Positions 10,148-20,692 of a stretch of DNA of 55,227 nucleotides are shown here, one piece after another. The notes under the pieces are model-generated. The model was given only the letters and a program-made list of their open reading frames with translations, was not told the DNA's origin and ran no database searches. Position 1 is the first letter of the stretch. Every line of letters begins with the position of its first letter. The translations under genes were made by a program, and so were the position numbers. Source of the stretch: a virus (Duplodnaviria > Heunggongvirae > Uroviricota > Caudoviricetes); IMG/VR virus record IMGVR_UViG_2718218434_000004, positions 1 to 55,227 of that record; one strand, given 5' to 3'.

Positions 10148-10886
10148 TTAACGTGATATTGGTGCTTTCGAGATATGAGAGGTGCTCAAGCTGTTCTGCG
10201 TTCATATGGTCGCGAGGTTCGCCAGAATAGCCATTTATCCGCGCCCACTGCTTAGCAGTTAGCCCACCAAGAACGATACGAGAAATCATATTGCTCTCGT
10301 TTGTGTAGTGGTGTTGCTGCGTCGTTTTCCCCATCTCGGCACGGGCCATATTCAGCGCATCGCACATTGGCTTAAAGTTGTTTGCGGCACTGATACGGGC
10401 TTTTAGCTGGCGACGATAGCGGGCGGCGATTTCAGGCACGCTACGCTGTAATTCTTCCTCGCACTGGATGAAATAACGACGGATAGCGCGACCCTGATCA
10501 TTGCGTTCGATCATTGCCAGTTCTTTCGCCATTCCGACACTTAACAGATAGTCTTTGCCGGGTCTGCCAGACTGCTTAATCTTGCTGTAAGCCGCGCCAT
10601 TCGGGCTTTTCCCCAAATTTGGGGAAATTGTTTTATGGACTGAGTAATCGTGCCCAATGGTGAAGTCATATTCAGAGATGCGATCAGTGATCCATGTAGA
10701 GAAGTCTTTTCCCACGCCCAACGCTTTGTGTAACGCTTTTGCGCTAACAATATTGGTTTCACGCCCACCGATATGACCAGGAATAACCGGGACAATTGCG
10801 GCAAATTCATTACCGTTAATTGTGCCCAGAGAGGCGTTCAGATGAGGGGCAGCCTCAGAAATTAATCTGCTTTTTTCGATGTTCAT
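10053..10886 (-). CDS. phage antirepressor (AntA/AntB N-terminal plus KilA-C type)
   Basis: 277-aa ORF; sequence pattern consistent with Ant/KilAC antirepressors (recalled, not searched). Confidence 0.55.
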   Translation of the reverse strand: MNIEKSRLISEAAPHLNASLGTINGNEFAAIVPVIPGHIGGRETNIVSAKALHKALGVGKDFSTWITDRISEYDFTIGHDYSVHKTISPNLGKSPNGAAYSKIKQSGRPGKDYLLSVGMAKELAMIERNDQGRAIRRYFIQCEEELQRSVPEIAARYRRQLKARISAANNFKPMCDALNMARAEMGKTTQQHHYTNESNMISRIVLGGLTAKQWARINGYSGEPRDHMNAEQLEHLSYLESTNITLIDMGMEYEQRKGELTRLSQRWLAKRLEAVHV

Positions 10887-10898
10887 TTTCAGTCTCCG

Positions 10899-11330
10899 TT
10901 AGGCGGCGTTAAACGCGTCCGGGTAGAGTTTCAGAATGTCGGCAATTTCCTGCTGAGAAAGTCCGTTGTGATCATTTATGTTCGCAAGATGGTTAATATG
11001 AGTGATCACTTTCAGAACATCACCACGGCAGGAGAAACGGTAGCGAAGGTGTGTTCCGATACCATCAGGATTCTTTTCGTCGATACGCTCCAGAGTGATT
11101 CCAAGCTGGCGTTCTAACTCTGTTGCATAGTTACGACCAGAAGACAGACGGCAGTAGCGAAGAATGTCGTTTTCTGTCCATCCCTCTATACCAGTTCGCA
11201 GCATATAGACTCGGGCACGATGCTTTTTCGGTGTGCGCTTTGGTGCTTGAAGGGATTTTGTAAGGGGCGTAATATCAGATACGCGAATATCTGAATTAGC
11301 CGCCTGTAATGGGCGGTTTTTCTTTTCCAT
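10899..11330 (-). CDS. hypothetical protein (basic N-terminus, possible DNA-binding regulator)
   Basis: 143-aa ORF immediately downstream of alpA in the same operon. Confidence 0.4.
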   Translation of the reverse strand: MEKKNRPLQAANSDIRVSDITPLTKSLQAPKRTPKKHRARVYMLRTGIEGWTENDILRYCRLSSGRNYATELERQLGITLERIDEKNPDGIGTHLRYRFSCRGDVLKVITHINHLANINDHNGLSQQEIADILKLYPDAFNAA

Positions 11331-11533
11331 CAGGCCACCTCGTCTCTAGATTCTAATATACACTTCTCAATCCATTCATCTATTTCAGACTCAACAAAAG
11401 CAATAGCCCGACTTCCAATTTTTACCTGTTTAGGGAACCTCCCCTGACTAATAAGACGATAAATCCATGCTTTGCTATAACCAGTTCGCCTTTGAACTTC
11501 AGAGAGACGAATTAATGAATTGTAATTAGCCAT
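11330..11533 (-). CDS. alpA: AlpA-family transcriptional regulator / excisionase-like
   Basis: 67 aa, LIRLSEVQRRTGYSKAWIYRLISQGRFPKQVKIGSRAIAF; sits beside a P4-type integrase as in CP4-57. Confidence 0.65.
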   Translation of the reverse strand: MANYNSLIRLSEVQRRTGYSKAWIYRLISQGRFPKQVKIGSRAIAFVESEIDEWIEKCILESRDEVA

Positions 11534-11622
11534 TTATTAATATCCTGTACTAATGACGCAATAACCCCCTCCTGCAACGAATGGCGAGAGTTTTATTTGC
11601 GTCAAATGTCGAATACGCCAAA

Positions 11623-11662
11623 GACCACAATATGAAAAACATATTGCGGTCTTTTATAAAAG
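11623..11662 (+). terminator. hairpin plus T-run (terminator-like) in the int-alpA intergenic region
   Basis: GACCACAATATG-aaaaa-CATATTGCGGTC followed by TTTTATAAAAG; no plus-strand gene upstream. Confidence 0.3.
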
Positions 11663-11960
11663 ATAGTCAGATTGTTTTGGTTTGTTTGCTCCACAAGGGT
11701 AGAGCTACCCTGCATTTCGGCAGGATCACGCTATTAGGCGTGACATCCAGTAGTTTTAAAGAACAATTGCGCTTTGTCAGCGCCAAAGCCTGTTAAAGAA
11801 CATTCCGCTTTTCAGCAGCGTAGAAGGCTCAATACACCTTCGTTTATAAAAGAGCGATTGCCCTTCTCCAGGGCTAACTGTTAAATAGCAATCCTCTGTG
11901 AGTTTTTATCAATCTACTCCCCTATACTTTAGTAAACCTCTGTATACTTGTCCAGTTGTT

Positions 11961-13175
11961 TCATGCGTGTTTTTCAAACACCATATGCACCACATTTCCG
12001 CCATGCTCGAGAGAATCCATATAGTCGGCATACCATTGAAGCATCTCCCGCCTTCCATCCAGATATTGCGCATGGTTGTATGTGCCACGAATTGAGTTCT
12101 TATCAACGTGAGCGAGCTGAGTTTCTATCCACGCAGTGTTATAGCCCTGCTCATGCAAAATCGTACTCATAGTGTGCCGGAACCCATGACCAGTTACACG
12201 TCCAGCGTAGCCAATGCGCTTAAACACTTGGTTTATGCTGGCCTCACTCATTGTTTTCCTTGGATCATTGCGCCCGGGAAACATAAGAGGGTAATTGCCT
12301 GTTATTTCTCTAATCTTCCCAATAAGCGAAAGAGCCTGCTCAGACAATGGCACAATATGAGGCCGCCGCATTTTCATACGTGAAGCGGGTATCTCCCAGA
12401 TAGCCTTGTTGAAATCAATTTCATCCCATAATGCGCCACGTAGTTCGCCAGTTCGCAAGCCGGTGATAATCAGTAGACGAGCCGCCATAACAACCAATGC
12501 GCTTCCTGAGTAACTGGACAATGCCTTGAAAAAATCAGGTAATTCTTTGGCTGTAAGGAAAGGGTAATGATTAGATTCATGGCCTTGCATCGCGCTAGTA
12601 AGGTCTGGTGCAGGGTTATACTCTGCGCGACCAGTGACTATTGCATAGCGGAAAACTTCCCCGCACCGCTGCCTCACTTTTTTGGCTTTTTCTGTAGCAC
12701 CTCGCCCCTCGATGCGCCGCAGCACATTCAGAAGTTCAAGTGGTTTGATTTCGGCGATTGGTTTTTTGCCAATGTAAGGGAACACATCTTTGTTGAAGGC
12801 TTCGAGGATGTCTGAAGCATAACCAGCAGACCATTTTTTTAATTTGCTGCTGTGCCACTCAAGGGCAATATCTTTGAAGGTGTTGTTTAACTGCGTTTCC
12901 CGGGCAATCTTTTCCTCTCGTTTCGCTTCCATCGGATCGATACCACCAGCGATACCTCTTTTCGCATCTTCACGTTTTGCCCGAGCATCGGCTAGAGTAA
13001 CCTCAGGATACACACCTAGTGCCAATAGCTTCTCTTTACCAGCTACACGATATTTAAGTCGCCAGTATTTACCTCCATTAGGTTTTACCAAGAGATACAA
13101 ACCGCCACCATCGGCCAGCTTGTAAGCCTTCTCTTTTGGCTTGGCTGTGTCTATTTGACGGGCATTGAGTTTCAC
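11961..13175 (-). CDS. int: P4-family tyrosine integrase
   Basis: 404 aa; N-terminus MKLNARQIDTAKPKEKAYKLADGGGLYLLVKPNGGKYWRLKYR is the P4/CP4-57 integrase signature; C-terminal R..H..R..Y catalytic region. Confidence 0.85.
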   Translation of the reverse strand: MKLNARQIDTAKPKEKAYKLADGGGLYLLVKPNGGKYWRLKYRVAGKEKLLALGVYPEVTLADARAKREDAKRGIAGGIDPMEAKREEKIARETQLNNTFKDIALEWHSSKLKKWSAGYASDILEAFNKDVFPYIGKKPIAEIKPLELLNVLRRIEGRGATEKAKKVRQRCGEVFRYAIVTGRAEYNPAPDLTSAMQGHESNHYPFLTAKELPDFFKALSSYSGSALVVMAARLLIITGLRTGELRGALWDEIDFNKAIWEIPASRMKMRRPHIVPLSEQALSLIGKIREITGNYPLMFPGRNDPRKTMSEASINQVFKRIGYAGRVTGHGFRHTMSTILHEQGYNTAWIETQLAHVDKNSIRGTYNHAQYLDGRREMLQWYADYMDSLEHGGNVVHMVFEKHA

Positions 13176-13240
13176 TTGGGGGTACCTCCACTAAACCGAA
13201 CAGCAAATACCCCCATAAGTACCCCCATCTGACCGTAGAT

Positions 13241-13323
13241 TTTGAGGGACTTTAGTAGACGTCAAAAGACGAACGGGGCTTTAATACGCGGATTATAATG
13301 GGTTTTGAAAGACTTTAGTAGAC
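13241..13323. repeat. two 20-bp direct repeats TTTGA(G/A)(G/A)GACTTTAGTAGAC (13241-13260, 13304-13323); putative integrase arm sites
   Basis: Near-identical repeats 63 bp apart between the integrase start and the att core. Confidence 0.5.
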
Positions 13324-13338
13324 TTGGGGAGATGTTTG

Positions 13339-13386
13339 AATGGTGCCGATAATAGGAGTCGAACCTACGACCTTCGCATTACGAAT
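13339..13386. repeat. att site: 48-bp direct repeat of the thrW 3' end (junction between element A and prophage B)
   Basis: Identical to 53782-53829; sequence diverges immediately outside both copies. Confidence 0.85.
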
Positions 13387-13779
13387 TATAAGAATCCACT
13401 TCTAATTCAAAGCATTACCCCATCAACACTGCGCTCACACGTCCCACCACATCAAAACATGTAAAGCCTTGCAAGCCATTGCGAGGCCTTATGTGTCTCA
13501 GTTTTGTCCCACCTTGTATTACGACTTGCATAGCCAATGAAGATAAACGTGACGACAAACGGCGCAGCAGTCTTCTTTTCCTTCATACTTTCCCCACCCA
13601 GCATGCATACCTTTATGCCATAACTGAAGTTTATGTCTGTTATGAGCGATGAGCGGAAGTTCACTACTTCATGACTAACATTGAAGTGTCCTAAGCAACG
13701 GGGAGCAGCTCAAGGAGTGTGTTAGTGCAATTACACTAACACAGCTACTAAAAATAAAAATACCAAAACTACAGTTATT

Positions 13780-15246
13780 CTATGCGCCTGGATTGGGTTC
13801 GATCATACTCAGCGTTTTTGCTATTTTCTTAATCTCATCATCATTATCCAAAAAAGAGGCGTCTTTTATTACCACAGTACGCTCTTCTTGTAATAGCTCA
13901 CCTATTTTTTCTTCTATAAAATCTAAGGTTGGCATTATAATCTGGATGTCTCGAGAAAAAGTAGTTTTTGCATCTTCTATACTGTTGAATCCATTATGTA
14001 TATGAGTGAATATTCTCTTTTTAAACTGTATGTCTTCTGGATTTCCCACTAACTGACTGAAATCTCCTTTCATAACTCTTTCGCTTGTTTCAAAGAGCTG
14101 TATTGCTATCGAGTCGATTAATTCCTTTTTGGACAGAGATGCTTGTTCATAAAATTTGGTGACTAACTCTGTTGGCAACTTTCTTGAGACGACTTTAATG
14201 GACAGTCTCTGAAATAGGTAAGGTGCCACCACGCCCACACTGAAAGGGTGAATCCTCCCTGGATTTAATAATTTTATTGTGACGTTTTCAAAAACTAGCT
14301 CATTGATTTTACTATTTATGAATTCCATTAAATACTTATCTAATGATAATGTTACCGACGCAACCGCTTCTATCACTTGTTTAAATGGCTCGCCTTTCAA
14401 GGATTTAAAAAACTCTTTGTTATAACCAAAGAAATCCACAAAACCTAAATTTATTCGATTTTCTTCTTTAGTATTTGAAATGCGAATTTGAAGTTGTTTT
14501 AAGTCTTCATCGGTCAAGTATTTTAAACCATAGTCATCAAGCGCGTTACGTATAACTTTATCTGCAGATTCTAAGTCGATTACAGTTTTTACATTAAAAA
14601 ACAATGATAACAATGAATCATACTTATGAACTCGCAAGGTTAAATCTGTTGCATTTGATGCGGTTACATTTATCCGTCTCAAAAGATCAATAACTTTACT
14701 AATTGGTAGGCTGTTTTCAAAAATTTTGAATGACTCGTATTCAGATACAACATCTTTTATATACTTACTGATAGTATCAGACTTTATTTCCACCTCAACT
14801 TCGGTTGAGTAAGAATGAATTAGTGAGTTTGTAGTTTCAGCGATGTCATTTGATACATACAACTTATATTCGAAACAATCAGGAGCGGGAAGCAAACTAT
14901 TATCAATAATGGAAAACAATAAAAATTTAATTATTTCTCTTAATGCTTGCGGTCTAGTTATTCTACCTTGCATTTTTTTACATTGTATTAAACCACTTAC
15001 AACACCGTTATGGTATAGCACGCAGTCGCGTCCTCTTTCAGAAACTCCTTGCATTAAAGATATTGAGGATATATTTTTATGCTTTCCATCTTCAATTTCG
15101 TTCTTTACTAACAAATAACATAGCAACTCAAATTCTCGATCACCTAATTCTGAAAAGGGAAGCAATCCGATACCAGAATCTATAGTCCATGGTCTATATC
15201 CTGATTGAGCCTCGATATTAATTTGTTCGTCACTGATTTTTTTCAC
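13780..15246 (-). CDS. Mrr-cat-like PD-(D/E)xK nuclease domain fused to a roughly 380-aa uncharacterised domain (candidate restriction/defence protein)
   Basis: AT-rich 488-aa ORF; N-terminal FELLCYLL...GVSERGRDCVLY...GLIQCKK matches the Mrr catalytic-core pattern. Confidence 0.6.
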   Translation of the reverse strand: MKKISDEQINIEAQSGYRPWTIDSGIGLLPFSELGDREFELLCYLLVKNEIEDGKHKNISSISLMQGVSERGRDCVLYHNGVVSGLIQCKKMQGRITRPQALREIIKFLLFSIIDNSLLPAPDCFEYKLYVSNDIAETTNSLIHSYSTEVEVEIKSDTISKYIKDVVSEYESFKIFENSLPISKVIDLLRRINVTASNATDLTLRVHKYDSLLSLFFNVKTVIDLESADKVIRNALDDYGLKYLTDEDLKQLQIRISNTKEENRINLGFVDFFGYNKEFFKSLKGEPFKQVIEAVASVTLSLDKYLMEFINSKINELVFENVTIKLLNPGRIHPFSVGVVAPYLFQRLSIKVVSRKLPTELVTKFYEQASLSKKELIDSIAIQLFETSERVMKGDFSQLVGNPEDIQFKKRIFTHIHNGFNSIEDAKTTFSRDIQIIMPTLDFIEEKIGELLQEERTVVIKDASFLDNDDEIKKIAKTLSMIEPNPGA

Positions 15247-15561
15247 TTAAATCTCCTTCTAATCTTATTGACCTACTCCCTACATTGTAACAGGGGATGA
15301 TGATAAGGTGTATCTTTCGAGCTATAAGCACGATAAATAAGTGATTAAAAATGACTCTTTAAACTATTTTAATTTAAAAAATTAATTGTTAGTTCTAATT
15401 ATGGTATGAGGGCATTTTCGGCATAGTTCTAACCATATACTTTGGTAAAAATGACTGTTACGGAACAGACCATAGTAATGCCTGCTATTGGCACGGAGCG
15501 GGCTGCCTGAGCGCCGTGGGGTCTGCAAACGGTAAGCATACCGATAACTATACGCTTGGCC

Positions 15562-15981
15562 TTAGTAACTTTTGCTCCCCTCAATAAATCCGCCATCTTT
15601 TATCGGACTGCAATGTCCTTCTTCATCAATCAGTTGCTCGTCTTTCAGGTAGGTATATCGATAGATAATTGAGCCATTATCCATCTCACCATTGGTTCGT
15701 TTCATTAGGAGAGTAAAATGTAACGGGCTGTCCCTATATCGAGCTATTCCATGAATATTGGCAAGTACCTCATATTGACGCTCAGGTGATAACCCTTTAA
15801 ATACATCGAGATATCCATGGAATGTTCCATAGAGTGAAGAAGTGTAGATCAGTCGCTGCTCTGGACCAGTAACTTTAAGAGTAATTTGTTCACCCGTATT
15901 ACAGGTTAGCTTGGCGGGAAATGTCTCAGCCTGAGCAGAAGAAATAGTCAAGCTTAAAATTATCAGGTAGCAATATTTCAT
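15562..15981 (-). CDS. secreted protein of unknown function
   Basis: Start at ATG 15981 (MKYCYLIILSLTISSAQA-ETF) gives a signal peptide; AT-rich, own intergenic regions. Confidence 0.5.
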   Translation of the reverse strand: MKYCYLIILSLTISSAQAETFPAKLTCNTGEQITLKVTGPEQRLIYTSSLYGTFHGYLDVFKGLSPERQYEVLANIHGIARYRDSPLHFTLLMKRTNGEMDNGSIIYRYTYLKDEQLIDEEGHCSPIKDGGFIEGSKSY

Positions 15982-16389
15982 GTGATTAGAATGTCCAAAA
16001 CTAACATGTATACTCGGGATTCTATAACTAGTTGGATGTAGACCCAAGATGTATTGGACTATTCTTCGGTTGTAGTTGGTCAAATCATATATTTTATGTC
16101 AGCAATGTCTACTTTTGGCACATAGCAGACCAGAGACACTGGCGTAAAGCCATGGAGGATCGGTGGGAGGAGGTAAAAATCCTCTCATGCAAAAAATACG
16201 CAAAATCGATAACAGTTGGAAATCATTCAATACTCGCACTATCGGAAGTTCACCAGCCAGTCGTAGCACGTTCTTGCATATGACGTGGCTACGGGTTTCG
16301 AGACCGACCCGATCATCAAACGAAACATAAAATTAGCTCACATTATGAGGAAAGGTATCTTTTTGCGCTATGTAAATTCAAAGGGTTAG

Positions 16390-17259
<870 letters not shown>

Positions 17260-17319
17260 GTCTTTAAGTGATAAGCATAAACCGCAGCACGATCTTCTTG
17301 CATACGACGTGCTACGGTT

Positions 17320-17874
17320 TCATTTATCTCCGACCGGAAACTTCTTATACAGTGTCGATATACCAACATCATAGATGATCGCCACCTTCTGGCGAGGAAC
17401 GCCTGATGCAATTAATCGCCCGGCCTGCGCCCATTGTTCTGGTGTAAGTTTGGGACGACGTCCACCAATTCGTCCCTGTGCGCGAGCAGCTTCCAGTCCA
17501 GCTTTTGTTCGTTCAACAATCAGTTCTCGTTCCATTTCAGCCAGGGCACCCATGACATGAAAAAAGAAACGGCCCATTGGGGTACTGGTATCAATACTAT
17601 CAGTCAGGCTTCGGAAATTCACGCCACGCTGGCGCAACTCTTCTATCAGCGTAACAAGATGCCGCATACTGCGCCCTAACCTGTCCAGCTTCCAGACAAC
17701 CAGAGTGTCACCTGCCGATAATGTCCTGAGCAGTTTTTTCAGTCCGGGCCTTTCGGACTTCGTACCGCTTATCTTGTCTTCAAAAATCAGTTCACATCCT
17801 ACACAGTTCAACGCATTACGTTGTAGATCGGTGTTCTGGTCATTTGTTGATACGCGTACATAGCCAATAAGCAT
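17320..17874 (-). CDS. pin: DNA invertase, serine recombinase (Pin/Gin/Hin family)
   Basis: MLIGYVRVSTNDQNTDLQRNAL... resolvase N-terminus plus C-terminal HTH; 184 aa. Confidence 0.85.
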   Translation of the reverse strand: MLIGYVRVSTNDQNTDLQRNALNCVGCELIFEDKISGTKSERPGLKKLLRTLSAGDTLVVWKLDRLGRSMRHLVTLIEELRQRGVNFRSLTDSIDTSTPMGRFFFHVMGALAEMERELIVERTKAGLEAARAQGRIGGRRPKLTPEQWAQAGRLIASGVPRQKVAIIYDVGISTLYKKFPVGDK

Positions 17875-17900
17875 GGTGGATCTCCCTGACAAAAGCAGGA

Positions 17901-18473
17901 ATGATGCCATTTGCTCGTTATTTCTGCATTTTCATAAACGTTGGTTTGGGAGAAGGTGCTCCAGCTATTGGCGTTCCGTTCTTCTGGCCGTCCGCCGCAA
18001 TGCCAAATACTGTAATCGACAGTTGGTCCAGTATGGTGTTTTTGAAGTTCAACGGCGCGAAATTCTCTGCCACTGATTACCCTGTGCTGGCGAAAGTGTT
18101 TCCGGCGCTAGCATTACCTGACGCACGGGGTGATTTCATTCGTATCTGGGATGATGGGCGCGGGATTGATGTCGGACGTACCCTACTTTCAGGGCAATCA
18201 CACACAATTATGGATCATGCACACAATATGGAATTGTGGACGGGGGACGGGCTTGCCGCAGGAAGTGCACGGGAAGGAGTAAACCCAGGAATACTGGCTA
18301 CATACGGTGACGGGGGAATAGTTAAAACGGACGAACCCGGTCTTAAGGTGCCTTCCTCACTACGAGCTCTTAGCTCTCGTAGTGTTAAACGTTATGGTGA
18401 AATTAGTGGAAATGTAGATACAGAAACCCGTCCACGAAATATTGCATTTAACTTTCTGGTGAGGGCTAAATAA
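17901..18473 (+). CDS. alternative tail-fibre C-terminal segment (silent orientation)
   Basis: ORF begins at the crossover site and runs opposite to the active tail-fibre gene. Confidence 0.5.
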   Translation: MMPFARYFCIFINVGLGEGAPAIGVPFFWPSAAMPNTVIDSWSSMVFLKFNGAKFSATDYPVLAKVFPALALPDARGDFIRIWDDGRGIDVGRTLLSGQSHTIMDHAHNMELWTGDGLAAGSAREGVNPGILATYGDGGIVKTDEPGLKVPSSLRALSSRSVKRYGEISGNVDTETRPRNIAFNFLVRAK

Positions 18474-19066
18474 TGATACCTGTTTTTGATGAAAATGGGC
18501 TGGCTACAGTGCCGGGCGATATGCGTTGTTTTTATTATAATGCAGTAACGTATGAATATACCGGCTGGTCTGATGAATATATTAATACTGGCGTAAGTAT
18601 ACCCGCCTGTTCCACTGGTATTGACCCGGGCGAAAACATCCCGGGAAAAGTGGCAGTATTTACGGGTAAGGGATGGAGCCATGAAGAAGACCATCGCAAT
18701 GAGACCGTTTACTCAACTGAAAATGGCGCAGCTGTTACAGTGGATTATATCGGTGCCATCAAAGACGGTTATGTCACGCTTTCACCGTTAACGCCATACG
18801 ATAAATGGGATGGTGAGAAATGGGTGACGGATACCGAGGCACAGCATAGCGCCGCAGTAGAAGCGGCAGAAGCACAGCGCCAGTCGCTGATTGATGCTGC
18901 AATGGCTTCCATCAGTCTGATTCAACTGAAATTACAGGCTGGGCGGAAGCTGACGCAGCCAGAAAACACCCGACTTAACGCTGTGCTGGATTACATTGAC
19001 GCGGTGACGGCAACAGATACCAGCACAGCGCCGGACGTCATCTGGCCTGAACTGCCGGAGGCGTAG
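18473..19066 (+). CDS. tail fibre assembly protein (alternative copy)
   Basis: 197-aa ORF within the invertible segment, paired with the alternative fibre tip. Confidence 0.6.
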   Translation: MIPVFDENGLATVPGDMRCFYYNAVTYEYTGWSDEYINTGVSIPACSTGIDPGENIPGKVAVFTGKGWSHEEDHRNETVYSTENGAAVTVDYIGAIKDGYVTLSPLTPYDKWDGEKWVTDTEAQHSAAVEAAEAQRQSLIDAAMASISLIQLKLQAGRKLTQPENTRLNAVLDYIDAVTATDTSTAPDVIWPELPEA

Positions 19067-19481
19067 ACCATTCAATATCTGGCGCACCGGAAGTATCGAC
19101 CAGTTCCAGTGCGTCCAGATAATCCAGCCACAAATTATATTGCGCCAGTTCCTCACCTTTCAGACGACCAATTGATGCTTTACCTGGCCATTGTTTACTG
19201 TTTATGTATTCGTTGGCCTGGTTAATCAATTGCTGCTTTTTAGTTTCGGCTGATGCAATTTGTTCTTCACGTGTTGGTGGAGGAATATCTGCCCATGCAG
19301 GCAGTCCATCCTCTCCGACACATCTGTATTTTCCTTCTGGTGGTGTATCATAGAAATATTCCCTGAAAATTACTTCGTCTATATCAACACCTTTTTCTTC
19401 AGGCCATTCACCTTTTTCAACATAAAGAGACTGAAGTTCGTAAGGATATGCCAGGTTGTTTACGTACAGATATTTCATCAT
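19038..19481 (-). CDS. tail fibre assembly protein
   Basis: 147-aa ORF directly downstream of the tail-fibre gene, same strand. Confidence 0.65.
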   Translation of the reverse strand: MMKYLYVNNLAYPYELQSLYVEKGEWPEEKGVDIDEVIFREYFYDTPPEGKYRCVGEDGLPAWADIPPPTREEQIASAETKKQQLINQANEYINSKQWPGKASIGRLKGEELAQYNLWLDYLDALELVDTSGAPDIEWSTPPAVQAR

Positions 19482-20104
19482 TACCAGCCCTTAGCGAAAA
19501 ACGCACCACCTTCAAGACCATAATTGCAGTGAGCTATGAAGCCGGTAGTGCTCCAGTTGGTCGCCCCCCACATATTCCCGCCCCCGAAACCACCATCGCA
19601 CACAATTACAATGCCCGGTGTCTGTGTAAATGGAATCGGGAATGAAACATTGGCGGATACAGGCCCGTGTTCACCAGGAAAACTAATTCGTCCCCACTGT
19701 TCAATTGAACCATCTGGCATTTTTCGCCAGCCTGAACCTGATGCATATGATGACATATCAGGTATCTGATTTTCCCCTGTTCCCACATTCCGTTTTGCCG
19801 CTTCTCCCAAACCAAGGTTTTCGAGAGCCGTTTTCACCGTGCCATCCGATTTGATATCGCCAAACGGATTCTTGCGGCTTAACAGCAGCGCACGAAGCGC
19901 TGTAAGCAGCTGGTCATGCCGCCCCTTCTCTAGGCTGGCACCGGATGCCTCCACAACACTGCAAAGTTCCTCCTGCAACATGTCAAAGTAGTCATCATCC
20001 AGATCGGTGGCAGGTGTGCCGGTCTGGGGGTTACCACGGGTAAAACCGTTCTTACCCGCGCCGAACTTATCCTTCTGCGCGGTTTTCGTGTCTATACGAT
20101 GCAT
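19481..20104 (-). CDS. side tail fibre protein (constant N-terminus plus invertible C-terminus)
   Basis: 207-aa ORF; the crossover site lies about one third into the gene, as for e14 StfP/Mu S. Confidence 0.65.
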   Translation of the reverse strand: MHRIDTKTAQKDKFGAGKNGFTRGNPQTGTPATDLDDDYFDMLQEELCSVVEASGASLEKGRHDQLLTALRALLLSRKNPFGDIKSDGTVKTALENLGLGEAAKRNVGTGENQIPDMSSYASGSGWRKMPDGSIEQWGRISFPGEHGPVSANVSFPIPFTQTPGIVIVCDGGFGGGNMWGATNWSTTGFIAHCNYGLEGGAFFAKGW

Positions 20105-20107
20105 GGA

Positions 20108-20692
20108 TTACTCCGGATATTTAAAAATTACGTAGGTATGCGACGGGCAGAGTTTGTTAAGCACACATTCGACAACGGTGTCGCCCCAGATACGCAGCGC
20201 GGAATCACAGGGATCGCCACATGTCATCCAGGTGGTGTTTGTGGCGGCTGGCATGTTGACCTGCCAGTAATACCGCCATTCCGGCGCATTCACCGCGTCA
20301 GTACAGACCGATGAGCAGGTGAACGTGCTTTTGTCGTATCGCGTGATGTTGGCATCTGGTCTGCCCAGGGCAGCAAGCTGTGCAAGGTAAAAATCCTCAT
20401 TGATGCCGCCCGCCAGATTAACCTTCGCATCCAGCCGTTGCTGACGCTGGCGAAGGGTCTGCGTCCCTGCCGGAATACATTCATCCGGCAGGCCGCACAG
20501 ACGCTCCCAGCGGTTTATCAGTTCAGTGGTGGTGCGCGGATCCAGCTCCCGCATCAGGGCATCCGCACGCTGATGAACACGGGTTAATGACGGTGCCGCA
20601 CCGGCAATCGCCGGATCGCTGGCTGACCACGCCGGACCGGGGGGCAACAGTGCCGACAACAGACGGATGTAATCATCGTTTGTCACGTCCAT
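20108..20692 (-). CDS. phage tail protein, YmfQ/DUF2313 (Mu gp48-like)
   Basis: 194 aa, same length as e14 YmfQ; position between baseplate J and tail fibre. Confidence 0.55.
   Translation of the reverse strand: MDVTNDDYIRLLSALLPPGPAWSASDPAIAGAAPSLTRVHQRADALMRELDPRTTTELINRWERLCGLPDECIPAGTQTLRQRQQRLDAKVNLAGGINEDFYLAQLAALGRPDANITRYDKSTFTCSSVCTDAVNAPEWRYYWQVNMPAATNTTWMTCGDPCDSALRIWGDTVVECVLNKLCPSHTYVIFKYPE

Larger units (their letters stand above)
1..13338. mobile_element. Element A: P4-integrase-family integrative element (satellite/PICI-like); left boundary not identified in window
   Basis: P4-type integrase beside a 48-bp thrW 3'-end repeat, two AlpA genes, antirepressor, zinc-ribbon/Toprim primase and iterons; no second att copy seen in 1-13338. 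Confidence 0.55.
17931..19827. other. invertible tail-fibre segment bounded by inverted hix/gix-like crossover sites (17931-17956 and 19802-19827)
   Basis: TTCATAAACGTTGGTTTGGGAGAAGG versus reverse complement of TTCTCCCAAACCAAGGTTTTCGAGAG, about 20/21 identical in the core. Confidence 0.7.

Noticed and set aside
11581-11796. Plus-strand 71-aa ORF in the int-alpA intergenic region
   Set aside because: It spans a terminator-like hairpin and has no RBS; more likely noncoding regulatory sequence.
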